Source: Bacillota bacterium (lineage in GTDB: Bacteria; Bacillota; Clostridia; Peptostreptococcales; Anaerovoracaceae). From it: 33,339 bases of DNA. Location: assembly GCA_017936025.1 (NCBI GenBank), contig JAGBGL010000017.1:1-33339 (forward strand). Direction: 5' to 3'. This document shows positions 8,578-18,250 of the stretch, one piece after another. The translations under genes were made by a program, and so were the position numbers. The notes under the pieces are model-generated. The model saw only the letters and a program-made list of their open reading frames with translations, was not told where the DNA came from and searched no databases. Numbering within the stretch: the first letter of the stretch is position 1; every line of letters starts with the position of its first letter.

Positions 8578-9300
8578 ATGGATACAAAGATTTATACAAT
8601 CGTTTCGAACAAACAGCTGACCCGCAGTATTTATGAGATGAAACTGGAAGGTGATACTTCCATGATCACGGCGCCGGGACAGTTTCTGAATATTAAACTG
8701 GAGGGCTTCTATTTAAGAAGACCTATTTCTATCTGTGACTGGAATGAAAACGAGATAACGATCGTGTACAAGACGGTAGGACAGGGAACAAAACATATGG
8801 CAACACTTGAGCCGGGAACAGAACTTGATATTCTGTGCTCTCTGGGCAACGGGTATGATCTGGAAAAGATCCCTGCAAATCCGGTACTGGCAGGCGGCGG
8901 TGTAGGAGTGCCTCCTATGTACGGCCTTGCAAAGGCACTGGTGGCACAGGGAAAGAAACCGGTTGTTGTTCTGGGATTCAATACTGAACACGAGGTGTTC
9001 TATGAAGAAGAGTTCAAGGCGCTTGGTGCTGACGTGAAAGTAGTTACAGCTGATGGAAGCTACGGACTGAAAGGTTTTGTAACTGACGGATTTGACTCTG
9101 CTGATTATGCATGTGCATGCGGACCTGAGCCTATGCTGAAGGCAGTAGCTGCTAAAGCGAAAGACGGACAGTACAGTTTTGAAGCAAGAATGGCATGCGG
9201 CTTCGGCGGATGCATGGGCTGCAGCTGTGAAACTAAATATGGAGCAAAGAGAATCTGCAAAGAGGGGCCGGTTCTGGAACAGGAGGAAATAATATGGTAG
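8578..9300 (+). CDS. pyrK: Dihydroorotate dehydrogenase B electron-transfer subunit
   Basis: 240 aa with an FAD/NAD-binding ferredoxin-reductase fold. A C-terminal 2Fe-2S Cys cluster is present (CGFGGCMGCSC...C). It overlaps the pyrD start. Confidence 0.9.
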   Translation: MDTKIYTIVSNKQLTRSIYEMKLEGDTSMITAPGQFLNIKLEGFYLRRPISICDWNENEITIVYKTVGQGTKHMATLEPGTELDILCSLGNGYDLEKIPANPVLAGGGVGVPPMYGLAKALVAQGKKPVVVLGFNTEHEVFYEEEFKALGADVKVVTADGSYGLKGFVTDGFDSADYACACGPEPMLKAVAAKAKDGQYSFEARMACGFGGCMGCSCETKYGAKRICKEGPVLEQEEIIW

Positions 9301-10205
9301 ATATGAAAGTGACACTCAGCGGACTTGTGCTGGACAACCCTGTTATCCCTGCCAGCGGTACATTCGGATATGGGAAGGAATATGCAGAGTTCTATGATAT
9401 CAACATCCTTGGTTCCATTTCTTTCAAAGGAACTACAGTTGAACCGAGATTCGGAAATCCGCAGCCCAGAATCGCAGAGTGCAGCAGAGGGCTGATCAAC
9501 TCTGTAGGCCTGCAGAATCCGGGACTTAAAGCAGTAAAGGAAAAAGAGCTTCCTGAACTGGCTGAAATATACAGCAAACCTGTGATCGCTAACGTGAGCG
9601 GATTTTCCATCGAAGAGTATGTTGAATGCGCAAAGGCGATGGATGAAGAACCTCAGGTGGGAATCATCGAAGTAAACGTAAGCTGCCCTAACGTGCATGA
9701 CGGAGGAATGGCTTTCGGTACACTTCCGGAAACGGCTGCAGAAGTAACTAGAGCAGTTAAGGCAGTTACTACAAAGCCTGTATATATCAAACTGAGCCCT
9801 AATGTAACGGATATCGCAGCTATCGCAAAGGCATGCGAAGAAGCAGGTGCTGATGGTATCTGCCTGATCAATACACTGCTGGGAATGAGAATCAATCTGG
9901 AAAAGAGACAGCCTGTTATCGCCAATAAAATGGGAGGGTTCTCCGGTCCTGCGATTTTCCCTGTAGCAGTAAGAATGGTTTATCAGGTAGCAAAAGCAGT
10001 TAACATTCCTGTAATCGGAATGGGCGGTGTTGAGAGTGCAAGAGATGTCATCGAAATGATGATGGCCGGAGCAACTGCTGTACAAGTAGGTGCCGCAAAC
10101 CTGGTAAATCCTTATGCATGTAAAGAAATCATCGAAGAACTTCCAAAAGTGATGGAAGAACTGGGAATAGAAAAACTGACAGATATTATTGGAATTATAG
10201 AATAG
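9294..10205 (+). CDS. pyrD: Dihydroorotate dehydrogenase B catalytic subunit
   Basis: 303 aa. Motifs seen: PASGTFGYG and NSVGLQNPG. AGGAGGA lies 7 nt upstream of ATG 9294. Confidence 0.9.
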   Translation: MVDMKVTLSGLVLDNPVIPASGTFGYGKEYAEFYDINILGSISFKGTTVEPRFGNPQPRIAECSRGLINSVGLQNPGLKAVKEKELPELAEIYSKPVIANVSGFSIEEYVECAKAMDEEPQVGIIEVNVSCPNVHDGGMAFGTLPETAAEVTRAVKAVTTKPVYIKLSPNVTDIAAIAKACEEAGADGICLINTLLGMRINLEKRQPVIANKMGGFSGPAIFPVAVRMVYQVAKAVNIPVIGMGGVESARDVIEMMMAGATAVQVGAANLVNPYACKEIIEELPKVMEELGIEKLTDIIGIIE

Positions 10206-10214
10206 GAGGAAAAA

Positions 10215-10922
10215 ATGGGTAAAGACGTAATCATCGCGCTGGATTTCAGTACAGCCGAAGAAACACTGAGCTTTTTAGATAAGTTCGCTGATAATGACAG
10301 AAAACCTTATGTAAAAGTAGGCATGGAACTGTATTATGCAGAAGGTCCTGCTATTATCAAAGCTATCAAGAAGAGAGGACACAAACTGTTCCTGGATCTG
10401 AAGCTTCACGATATTCCGAATACAGTAAGAAAAGCCATGTCCGTACTGTCCAACCTGGATGTTGATATGGTAAACGTTCATGCAGCAGGAACTATTGATA
10501 TGATGAAAGCTGCAAAAGAAGGACTGACAAGAGAAGATGGAAGCAGACCTCTGCTGATCGCGGTAACTCAGCTGACTTCCACAAGCCAGGAAAGAATGAC
10601 AAATGAACTTCTCATTGAAGAAGACATTGATAAAGTAGTAATCAAATATGCTGAAAATGCAGATGATGCCGGACTGGACGGTGTAGTATGCTCTCCTCTG
10701 GAAGCAGGAAAGATCCACAGCGCATGCGGAAGAAACTTCCTGACAGTAACGCCGGGCGTACGTTTTGCAGATGGAGATAAAGGCGACCAGGTAAGAGTAA
10801 CTACTCCTGAAAGAGCAAAAGAAATCGGTTCTGACTACATCGTAGTCGGCCGTCCGATCACTCAGGCAGATGATCCGGTAGCAGCATATAACCGTTGTGT
10901 AGCAGAATTTGTGGAGGAATAA
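10215..10922 (+). CDS. pyrF: Orotidine 5'-phosphate decarboxylase
   Basis: 235 aa with the DLKLHDIPNT motif. RBS is AGGAGGA. Confidence 0.9.
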   Translation: MGKDVIIALDFSTAEETLSFLDKFADNDRKPYVKVGMELYYAEGPAIIKAIKKRGHKLFLDLKLHDIPNTVRKAMSVLSNLDVDMVNVHAAGTIDMMKAAKEGLTREDGSRPLLIAVTQLTSTSQERMTNELLIEEDIDKVVIKYAENADDAGLDGVVCSPLEAGKIHSACGRNFLTVTPGVRFADGDKGDQVRVTTPERAKEIGSDYIVVGRPITQADDPVAAYNRCVAEFVEE

Positions 10923-10925
10923 ATT

Positions 10926-11564
10926 ATGAAAAAAGAAATCGCAAAAGGACTTTTATCTATCCAGGCAGTTTTCCTGCGTCCGGATGAACCATTTACATGG
11001 GCAAGCGGAATCAAGAGCCCTATCTACTGTGACAACAGACTGACTCTGACAGCACCGGAAGTGCGTACAAAGGTTGAAGAGGGTCTGATGGCAGTTATTA
11101 AAGAACATTATCCTGAGTGTGAAGTGATCATGGGTACTTCCACTGCGGGTATCGCTCATGCAGCTATCGTCGGCCACATGATGGGACTGCCTATGGGCTA
11201 TGTAAGAAGCTCTGCAAAAGACCACGGCAGAACTAACAAAATCGAAGGTAAGCTGGAAGCAGGACAGAAAGTTGTTGTTGTAGAAGACCTGATTTCTACA
11301 GGCGGTTCCGTTCTGGATACTGTAGAAGCTCTGAGAGAAGTGGGTGCAGAAGTTCTGGGCGTTGCAAGTATTTTCACTTACGGAATGCAGAAGGGCCTGG
11401 ACAGAATGGCTGCTGCTGATGTTAAGAATGTCAGCCTGAGCGATCTGGACACACTGGTGGAAGTTGCTGCTGAAGAAGGCTACATCAAAGCAGAAGACGT
11501 AGAACGTCTGATCAAATTCAGAAATAACCCATCCGATGAAAGCTGGATGAAAGGAGATAAATAA
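10926..11564 (+). CDS. pyrE: Orotate phosphoribosyltransferase
   Basis: 212 aa with the PRPP-binding motif [13 protein letters not shown]. Confidence 0.9.
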   Translation: MKKEIAKGLLSIQAVFLRPDEPFTWASGIKSPIYCDNRLTLTAPEVRTKVEEGLMAVIKEHYPECEVIMGTSTAGIAHAAIVGHMMGLPMGYVRSSAKDHGRTNKIEGKLEAGQKVVVVEDLISTGGSVLDTVEALREVGAEVLGVASIFTYGMQKGLDRMAAADVKNVSLSDLDTLVEVAAEEGYIKAEDVERLIKFRNNPSDESWMKGDK

Positions 11565-12488
11565 ATGGAAAAGAACTTCCGTAATCTGATCAGCATCACT
11601 GACTTATCTATTGAAGAAATCGACCATCTGATTGATGTTGCAAACGATATCGTTGAAAACCCTGATGAGTATATCGATATTTGTAAAGGAAAGAAACTGG
11701 CGACACTGTTCTTCGAACCAAGTACAAGAACAAGACTGAGCTTTGAAGCTGCTATGCTGGAACTGGGCGGAAGCGTTCTGGGATTTGCAGGAGCAAGCTC
11801 CAGTTCTGCAGCCAAAGGTGAATCTGTAAGCGACACAGTTGAAACTGTAGGATGCTATGCGGATATCATTGCTATGAGACATCCTAAAGAAGGTGCTCCA
11901 ATGGTGGCTTCCAGAAGAACTACAGTGCCTATCATCAACGCAGGTGACGGCGGACACTTCCATCCGACACAGACGCTGACAGACCTTCTGACTATCAAGA
12001 GAAAGAAAGGCGAACTGGGCAATATTACGCTGGGACTGTGCGGAGACCTGAAGTTCGGCAGAACTGTTCACTCCCTGATCGAAGCGATGCTGCGTTATGA
12101 TAATGTAAAATTCGTTCTGATCGCTCCTGAAGAACTGAGAGTTCCGGAGTACATCCGTGAAGAACTGAGAAAATCCGGTGCTGACTGGAAAGAGGTCGAA
12201 AGCATGGAAGAAGTAATGCATGAACTGGATGTACTGTATATGACAAGAGTTCAGAGAGAACGTTTCTTCAATGAAGAAGATTACGCACGTCTGAAAGATA
12301 CATATATCCTGGATCTGGAAAAACTGGAAACAGCAAAAGAAGATCTGACTATCATGCATCCGCTGCCAAGAGTTAACGAAATTTCCGTTAAAGTGGATGA
12401 CGATCCTAGAGCATGTTATTTCTATCAGGCTCTGTGCGGTAAACATATCCGTATGGCACTGATCCTGAATTTACTGGGAATCAAATAG
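11565..12488 (+). CDS. pyrB: Aspartate carbamoyltransferase catalytic subunit
   Basis: 307 aa. Motifs seen: STRTR, HPTQ and HPLPR. The ATG directly abuts the pyrE TAA. Confidence 0.9.
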   Translation: MEKNFRNLISITDLSIEEIDHLIDVANDIVENPDEYIDICKGKKLATLFFEPSTRTRLSFEAAMLELGGSVLGFAGASSSSAAKGESVSDTVETVGCYADIIAMRHPKEGAPMVASRRTTVPIINAGDGGHFHPTQTLTDLLTIKRKKGELGNITLGLCGDLKFGRTVHSLIEAMLRYDNVKFVLIAPEELRVPEYIREELRKSGADWKEVESMEEVMHELDVLYMTRVQRERFFNEEDYARLKDTYILDLEKLETAKEDLTIMHPLPRVNEISVKVDDDPRACYFYQALCGKHIRMALILNLLGIK

Positions 12489-12502
12489 GGGAGGTACAGA
12501 GA

Positions 12503-12928
12503 ATGAATATTGATGGAGTAACAACTGGTATCGTTTTAGACCATATCAAAGCCGGAAAAGGAATTAAGATTTATAACTATCTGCATTTGGACAAACTCAG
12601 CTGCAGTGTAGCGATGCTGCAGAATGTGAAATCCAGCAAATACGGTAAAAAAGATATTATCAAAATCGACGAGCTGATCGAACTGGATTATGAAATGCTG
12701 GGATACATCGACAGCAATATTACTGTCAATTTTGTAAAAGACGGCAGACTGCTGAAAAAAGAACATCTGGATCTGCCGGAAACACTGACGGATATTATCC
12801 AGTGCAAGAATCCTAGATGTATTACTTCCATTGAGCAGGAAATCGAGCATGTGTTCAAACTGGTCGACAGAGAAAAGAAAACTTACCGCTGTGCTTACTG
12901 CGACGTAGAACACAAGGAGTATAAATAA
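12503..12928 (+). CDS. pyrI: Aspartate carbamoyltransferase regulatory subunit
   Basis: 141 aa with a C-terminal four-Cys zinc domain (CKNPRC...CAYC). Confidence 0.9.
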   Translation: MNIDGVTTGIVLDHIKAGKGIKIYNYLHLDKLSCSVAMLQNVKSSKYGKKDIIKIDELIELDYEMLGYIDSNITVNFVKDGRLLKKEHLDLPETLTDIIQCKNPRCITSIEQEIEHVFKLVDREKKTYRCAYCDVEHKEYK

Positions 12929-13824
12929 TGCGGGAACTGTGGCAGGCAGGTGAAAATACCTGGTATGTGTACAGCCGTAATATATTCGGGTTTTATCAGC
13001 TTAATGAAACTGATGTCTGTATGATAGATACAGGCAGAGATCCGGAAGATATTGAATTTGCAGAAAAGGTTCTGGCCGATAAAGGCTGGAACCTTAAATT
13101 CATTATAAATACACATACCCATATTGATCACATCGGCGGAAACAAAGCGCTGATGGCTAAATGGGGATGCCCGGCTTATACTACACGAATCGAGAGGATT
13201 TTTGCAGAGTATGAGGAGCTGGAACCGGCATTTATGTTCGGCGGCAGACCTTCGGCGGAAGTGCGCGAAGTGTTTAAACATCCGGGTGATATTGGCTTCC
13301 GTGATATCGAGGATTTCGAGCTGCCGGACGGATTTGAAATACTGCATATGCCGGGACATACTTTCGGAATGATTGGGGTGAAGACACCGGATGATGTGTG
13401 GTTCGTGGCGGATTCCATAATGAACCGCAAAGCGCTTAAAAAGTATCCATTCGGATTTCTTATCAATGTGGAAAGCTATCTTGAGACTCTGGAAAAGCTG
13501 AAGGGGCTGGAAGGAAAATTTTTTATTCCTGCTCACGGCGAGTCGATGGGGAAGGAAATTGCTTCTCTTGCAGAGGAAAATACCGCTAATATCCGGCGCC
13601 ACATCGATTTTATTGCCGGATGCTGCCGTGGCGGCAAGAGTGTGGATCTTGTCGTAAGGGATGTTTTCAAAGAGTATGGTATGAAGGAAACAGAAATACA
13701 GTATACACTGGTGGCTTCCACGGTGAGATGCTATCTCACATACCTCAAGGATGCAGGCCGTATGGAATGTTACAGTGATGACGGTCTGATTAAGTGGAAG
13801 ACGATTGATGGAGGAACGATATGA
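12928..13824 (+). CDS. MBL-fold metallo-hydrolase
   Basis: 298 aa with the HTHIDHIGG (HxHxDH) motif. Its ATG overlaps the pyrI stop (TAATG). Confidence 0.8.
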   Translation: MRELWQAGENTWYVYSRNIFGFYQLNETDVCMIDTGRDPEDIEFAEKVLADKGWNLKFIINTHTHIDHIGGNKALMAKWGCPAYTTRIERIFAEYEELEPAFMFGGRPSAEVREVFKHPGDIGFRDIEDFELPDGFEILHMPGHTFGMIGVKTPDDVWFVADSIMNRKALKKYPFGFLINVESYLETLEKLKGLEGKFFIPAHGESMGKEIASLAEENTANIRRHIDFIAGCCRGGKSVDLVVRDVFKEYGMKETEIQYTLVASTVRCYLTYLKDAGRMECYSDDGLIKWKTIDGGTI

Positions 13825-13979
13825 ATCCAGGCAGAATAATTGTATTTTTAATATGTGTAGCGTTTATTGTGCTGGGCGTTTCCAAACTGGCTGCCGGGGA
13901 CAATACATGGGGCGTTATTTTTACTTTTATAGGTCTGATGAATTTGATCAGATGGTGGAAAAATAGAAAGTCTCAGTAA
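13821..13979 (+). CDS. Small hydrophobic protein, 52 aa, two predicted TM helices (MNPGRIIVFLICVAFIVLGVSKLAAGDNTWGVIFTFIGLMNLIRWWKNRKSQ)
   Basis: It is not in the supplied ORF track because it is under 60 aa. Its ATG overlaps the MBL hydrolase stop (ATGA). The protein has two hydrophobic stretches and a basic C-terminus. Confidence 0.45.
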   Translation: MNPGRIIVFLICVAFIVLGVSKLAAGDNTWGVIFTFIGLMNLIRWWKNRKSQ

Positions 13980-14037
13980 TATATTTAGGTAAAACGTTAC
14001 GTAACGTAAGAGTTTTGTGACATGTGAGGTGACTGGC

Positions 14038-15228
14038 ATGAAGAGAGTATTGACATTAATTGCAGCCTTATTGATTGCATTGGGATTATCCAGTTGCGGG
14101 TTGAAAGAAGATTTTACCGAAATGGGATTTGGATTTAAGGCTGAAGGACCGACTGTTACAACATATTTTTCTGATGGCCTGGAAAGCAAAACTGGCGGAT
14201 TCACTTTTTACAATCTGAGTGAAGAACCTGTGGATGTCTATATCAATGCCTGCGATGGTTCAGAAAAAATAGTGATCGAAGATCTGAAAGAAGGCCCTTG
14301 CTGGCAGAGAGTAGAAAAAAATAAAGAATATGCGATCGGATTCCGCACGGATGCTCCGGTCGGAACAGAAATCGAACTGACTATTATAGATGGTGATCAG
14401 GTGAAATTTGAGCCGTCAGGTGCTGGCGAAGCTATTGCAAATCCGGCAGTGCCGATGCGGATTGAACCTCATCTTGCTGCGGCAGTTGGCGGAAACGGCC
14501 CGCTTGTTGATGAAGCCCTGATTTATACAGGAAATGTGACTTGTGTTCAGAACGGGATCAGAGTGACTGCAAAGCAAGCAGTGGCAGATAATCATAATAT
14601 GTATATCCTGCTTCAGGTAAATACTAAGAAGAACATCGAGTTCACATTTGAAGACCGTTTCGAAACGGTTACATTCGGGGTCAGAAACGCATGGACGGGA
14701 TCTGATATGTGCTGGAATTCTGTCTCTAAAGATGGTTCGATGATGCATATTGTTCTTGGGATGGATTCAGAAGAGATCATGGAGAGCGGCACTGTAGATA
14801 TTTCCCTGAAAAACCTGATAAACTGTAACGGAGAAGGAGCCGTATATCATGGCAGCTGGGATCTGGGATTCGATTTTAAAGTGGCGGATGTTACAGAAAG
14901 CTTCAAAACGGATGCAGTAATCCATCACAACGGCGTTGATCTGAAAATCAGACAGCTGGATGTGTCTCCATTCTCGGTATACATTGAATGCGGGCTGGCT
15001 GCAGAATCAGCGAAACCAGATGAAGACTGGGATTTGCATGAAATGGAAATCGATTTTGTGACGGGAAGCGGTGAGACTGCCGGATGTTCCTTTGAAGGCG
15101 GCGGCAGCAGTTATGAAGACGACTGGAAGAACTTCATATGTTACAGACATGGTAAGATGCAGAATGTTATAGATCCTGATGATATAAAAGCCGTAGTTAT
15201 AAATGGTCAGATGATCAAAATGAAATAA
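14038..15228 (+). CDS. Lipoprotein of unknown function (C-terminal part resembles DUF4179-type beta-sandwich domains of anti-sigma-like proteins)
   Basis: The start is set at ATG 14038 after GAGGTGA. The signal peptide MKRVLTLIAALLIALGLSSC carries a lipobox (L-S-S-C). Confidence 0.75.
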   Translation: MKRVLTLIAALLIALGLSSCGLKEDFTEMGFGFKAEGPTVTTYFSDGLESKTGGFTFYNLSEEPVDVYINACDGSEKIVIEDLKEGPCWQRVEKNKEYAIGFRTDAPVGTEIELTIIDGDQVKFEPSGAGEAIANPAVPMRIEPHLAAAVGGNGPLVDEALIYTGNVTCVQNGIRVTAKQAVADNHNMYILLQVNTKKNIEFTFEDRFETVTFGVRNAWTGSDMCWNSVSKDGSMMHIVLGMDSEEIMESGTVDISLKNLINCNGEGAVYHGSWDLGFDFKVADVTESFKTDAVIHHNGVDLKIRQLDVSPFSVYIECGLAAESAKPDEDWDLHEMEIDFVTGSGETAGCSFEGGGSSYEDDWKNFICYRHGKMQNVIDPDDIKAVVINGQMIKMK

Positions 15229-15235
15229 AATTTTG

Positions 15236-15268
15236 AACCGGGTGTTATCATGTGATGCCCGGTTTATT
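15236..15268 (+). terminator. Terminator after the lipoprotein gene
   Basis: AACCGGG...CCCGGTT hairpin followed by TATT. The T-run is weak. Confidence 0.45.
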
Positions 15269-15342
15269 ACATTATCTGCGCTGTTTGCACATGGCCTATT
15301 GACTGTCGGGAAAATGAGGTGCAGAATATTAGGACACTATAC

Positions 15343-15371
15343 TTGAAACATATCTTAGGCAGTAGTAGAAT
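15343..15371 (+). promoter_or_regulatory. Candidate promoter of the toxin-antitoxin module
   Basis: TTGAAA (15343-15348), a 17-nt spacer, then TAGAAT (15366-15371). Confidence 0.45.
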
Positions 15372-15394
15372 CAAGCAAAAGGAGGTAAGAGATT

Positions 15395-15553
15395 ATGAAA
15401 GTAAAAGAAACACAATTGGAGTATAGAAAAAAATATGAACTGTCGCCGGAAGAAATCAAGGCAATAAACGTTGGGATAGAAGATATGAAAGCAGGCAGGG
15501 GCCGCCCGATAGAAGACTTTCTGAAAGAAATGAAGGCATCCTTGGGGATTTGA
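15395..15553 (+). CDS. Putative type II antitoxin, 52 aa (MKVKETQLEYRKKYELSPEEIKAINVGIEDMKAGRGRPIEDFLKEMKASLGI)
   Basis: It is not in the ORF track. A strong RBS AAGGAGG lies 7 nt upstream. Its stop overlaps the toxin start (TTGA), which is classic antitoxin-first architecture. Confidence 0.6.
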   Translation: MKVKETQLEYRKKYELSPEEIKAINVGIEDMKAGRGRPIEDFLKEMKASLGI

Positions 15554-15867
15554 GCACGGCATACAAATGTATTATATACAAAGAGGCTGAACATGATGTT
15601 GAAAGTATAGTTTATTATATGTCTGAACGACTAAAAAATCCGGCTGCATCAGAACGTTTTGTGGCGGCTTTTGAAAAGAATTTGGAAGCGATAAGAAATT
15701 TTCCTTATTTGGGAAGAACATCAGAGTTTTTTTCTGATGGAAAAATAGTGCGTATTAAATCTTTTGAAACATACAGGATTTTTTACATTATTTGTTATGA
15801 CAGACAGGAAATTTCCATATTGCGAGTCCTGAAGGACAAACAGGATTGGAAATGGAATATCAGGTAA
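15550..15867 (+). CDS. Type II toxin, RelE/ParE family
   Basis: 105 aa. The N-terminal pattern YK..I.KEAEHDVESIVYY and ...FPYLG...YRIFY...ISILRV are typical of ParE/RelE-fold toxins. The TTG start is favoured because the first in-frame ATG would delete the conserved N-terminus. Confidence 0.8.
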   Translation: MSTAYKCIIYKEAEHDVESIVYYMSERLKNPAASERFVAAFEKNLEAIRNFPYLGRTSEFFSDGKIVRIKSFETYRIFYIICYDRQEISILRVLKDKQDWKWNIR

Positions 15868-15905
15868 GAAAAACGAGGCCATCTGACCTCGTTTTGATGT
15901 TTTTG
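15868..15905. terminator. Bidirectional terminator shared by the toxin gene (+) and deoC (-)
   Basis: AAACGAGG-CCATCTGA-CCTCGTTT hairpin, flanked by an A-run on the left and a T-run on the right. Confidence 0.6.
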
Positions 15906-15909
15906 TGAT

Positions 15910-16593
15910 TTATGCTTCGCCGGCTTCTGTTTTGATTGCGAAGGCTTCCTTCATGATTTCAACGGAGGAGCTGGATCCGATACGGTCTGCACCGCGGTTG
16001 ATCATTTTGATGGCTGTGCTCAGGTCTCTGATACCACCTGCAGCCTTGATTTTGATCTTGCTGCCGTTCATTTTCTTGATGCGGGAAACGACTTCAGTGG
16101 AGCCGTTGCCTGGTCCGAATCCTGTGGAAGTTTTTACGAAAGCGGCGCCTGCTTTGATTGCGAGTCTTGCTGCTTTGGAGATCTCGTCAGGTGACAGGTA
16201 GCATACTTCCATGATTACTTTTACAATAGCATTATATTTTGCAGCTGCTTCTACGATTTCTCTGATTTCATTTTCCACCAGATCATATTTTCTGTCTTTC
16301 ATAGCACCGACATTGATCACCATGTCGATTTCGTCTGCGCCGGCCTTGCAGACTTCTTCGGTTTCGAAAACCTTTGCTGCAGTAGACATCATGCCCAGAG
16401 GGAAGCCAATAACAGCAGATACTTTGACATCTGTGTCTTTCAGCTGTTCTTTTGCCAGAGGCACGTAGTGACCGTTTACGCATACGGAGTAGAATTCATA
16501 TAATTTTGCTTCTTCGCACAGCTGAATGATGTCAGCTTCCTTTGCGTTTGCTTTTAAATTAGTGTGATCAAAATATGTATTTAACAGTTCCAT
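15910..16593 (-). CDS. deoC: Deoxyribose-phosphate aldolase
   Basis: 227 aa. It starts with FDHTNLK, has IGFPLG, and has the Schiff-base lysine context FVKTSTGF. Confidence 0.9.
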   Translation of the reverse strand: MELLNTYFDHTNLKANAKEADIIQLCEEAKLYEFYSVCVNGHYVPLAKEQLKDTDVKVSAVIGFPLGMMSTAAKVFETEEVCKAGADEIDMVINVGAMKDRKYDLVENEIREIVEAAAKYNAIVKVIMEVCYLSPDEISKAARLAIKAGAAFVKTSTGFGPGNGSTEVVSRIKKMNGSKIKIKAAGGIRDLSTAIKMINRGADRIGSSSSVEIMKEAFAIKTEAGEA

Positions 16594-16744
16594 AATTATC
16601 TCCTTTTTAATTATTCGACTTATTATAACAGAGAATGCTGTCTGATACTAGATGACAAATGATACAAAAAGATGTAAAATTAAATTGAATATTTATGCCC
16701 TGCACGGCGGTGCCGGGTATGATGGTAAAAGGAGTATAATAATA

Positions 16745-17605
16745 ATGAGAATCCCAGAATTATTCAAAGCAAAGAAGCCTGTTATTTCTTTTGAAATATT
16801 TCCCCCAAAGAGAGAAACAGGACTTGAAAAAATATATGAAACAGTAGGCAAACTGTCCGTATGCAACCCTGATTTTATCAGTGTTACATATGGTGCGGCG
16901 GGAAGCCTTGTAAATAACTATACATGTGAAATCGCTTCCAGGATCAAACATGACTACGGCATCGAACCGCTGGCACACCTTACATGTGTCAATTCAAGCA
17001 TGAGCGACGTGGATGAAATGATCAGACGTTTTGCCGAAGCAGACATTGAAAACGTTCTGGCTCTGCGAGGAGATATCGTCCCGGAAGCAGCTATAAAGAG
17101 CGAGTTTTCACACGCCAATGAGCTGGCTATCGAGGTCCAGAGAAACAGCGGACTGCAGATCCTCGGGGCATGCTATCCGGAAGGACACACTGAAAGCAGG
17201 AACCTCATCGAAGATATCCATAATCTGAAATATAAAATCGGTGCAGGCGCAAAAGTACTGATCACTCAGCTGTTCTTCGATAATCAGAAATTCTACGAAT
17301 TTCTGGCAGCTGCACGCAACCTGGGTGTAGATGTTCCGGTTTCCGCAGGGATAATGCCTATCGTAAGTCACAAGCAGATCGAGAAAACTGTTGCCCTGTC
17401 CGGTGCCAGCATACCGCCTGCTTTTGCAGAAATGATTGAAAAATACGGTGATGACCCGGATGCACTATATGAACACGGCATACAGTATGCAGTGGATCAG
17501 ATCAGAGACCTGATCGAACATGGAGTAGATGGAATCCATCTTTACACTATGAATAACCCTGAAGTATCCCTTGAAATATACGAAAGAGTAAAGGATCTGT
17601 TATAA
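16745..17605 (+). CDS. metF: 5,10-methylenetetrahydrofolate reductase
   Basis: The start is set at ATG 16745 (MRIPELFKAKKPVISFEIFPPK) after AAAGGAG. The LRGD motif is present. The 31-codon extension in the ORF track has no RBS. Confidence 0.85.
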   Translation: MRIPELFKAKKPVISFEIFPPKRETGLEKIYETVGKLSVCNPDFISVTYGAAGSLVNNYTCEIASRIKHDYGIEPLAHLTCVNSSMSDVDEMIRRFAEADIENVLALRGDIVPEAAIKSEFSHANELAIEVQRNSGLQILGACYPEGHTESRNLIEDIHNLKYKIGAGAKVLITQLFFDNQKFYEFLAAARNLGVDVPVSAGIMPIVSHKQIEKTVALSGASIPPAFAEMIEKYGDDPDALYEHGIQYAVDQIRDLIEHGVDGIHLYTMNNPEVSLEIYERVKDLL

Positions 17606-18250
17606 ATGAGAATAGATTTACCGAAATGGATAAACCGCCATCAGTGGCTGGACAGACTGGGCTTTGAAGACAAGCCGGATATAAATATGCTGATCAGGCT
17701 GGCAGAGGCAGAGGAAAAACTCTTTGCGACAGCTATGCCGCAGGGAGTATACCGGGTGATGCCTGTGGAAGCTATTACGCCTCAGGGCCATAATATAAAA
17801 AAGCATCTTGAAGAGTGTGACGAGGTTGCTATAATGGCCGTTACCCTGGGTGCGATGGTGGATAACCTCATAAGAACCAGTCAGGTAAGAGATATGGCGG
17901 AAGCAGTTATGCTGGATGCAGGGGCTTCCATACTGATCGAGCAGATCGCAGACGAGCTGTGCCGCATAATCGATAAAGAGCAGCAGCGATGCACGACGGT
18001 GAGATACAGTCCGGGATATGGGGATTATCCTGTGATGATGCAGACGGAGCTGATATGGCTGACGGATGCTCACAGAAAAATAGGACTTTCGGTAAATAAA
18101 AATTATATGATGACACCGCAGAAATCAGTAACGGCAGTGATAGGCATGTCTGATGAGCCTGTTACAGGGTACATGGCAACGTGTAAAGACTGTCATTTGA
18201 GAAACGGATGCGAAATGATAAGGAAAGGACAACACTGTGTTAGACTTTAA
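17606..18250 (+). CDS. Stand-alone methionine synthase (MetH) reactivation/AdoMet-binding domain protein
   Basis: 214 aa. It resembles the Met_synt_B12 activation domain (RYSPGYGDYP...LTD..IGLSV...MM.P.KSVTA). It carries an extra C-terminal Cys cluster (CKDCHLRNGCEMIRKGQHC). Its ATG abuts the metF stop. Confidence 0.8.
   Translation: MRIDLPKWINRHQWLDRLGFEDKPDINMLIRLAEAEEKLFATAMPQGVYRVMPVEAITPQGHNIKKHLEECDEVAIMAVTLGAMVDNLIRTSQVRDMAEAVMLDAGASILIEQIADELCRIIDKEQQRCTTVRYSPGYGDYPVMMQTELIWLTDAHRKIGLSVNKNYMMTPQKSVTAVIGMSDEPVTGYMATCKDCHLRNGCEMIRKGQHCVRL

Noticed and set aside
9105-10085. 326-aa minus-strand ORF antisense to pyrK/pyrD
   Set aside because: It lies entirely inside two motif-confirmed pyr genes. 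Its composition is Cys/His/Phe-rich and non-protein-like.
13848-14204. 118-aa minus-strand ORF spanning the micro-ORF, the spacer and the lipoprotein start
   Set aside because: It overlaps the signal peptide of a convincing lipoprotein and the plus-strand micro-ORF. It has no RBS and low-complexity composition.
15905-16201. 98-aa plus-strand ORF, together with the ORF at 16211-16468, antisense to deoC
   Set aside because: Both lie inside the motif-confirmed deoC gene. Their composition is Ala/Leu/Ile/Ser-rich and antisense-typical.
16594-16744. Search for a SAM, B12 or THF riboswitch or a T-box upstream of metF
   Set aside because: The region is only about 150 nt and shows no SAM-I or T-box conserved cores. 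It holds only a weak promoter candidate (ATGACA, 17 nt, TAAAAT at 16652-16680) and a short GC hairpin.
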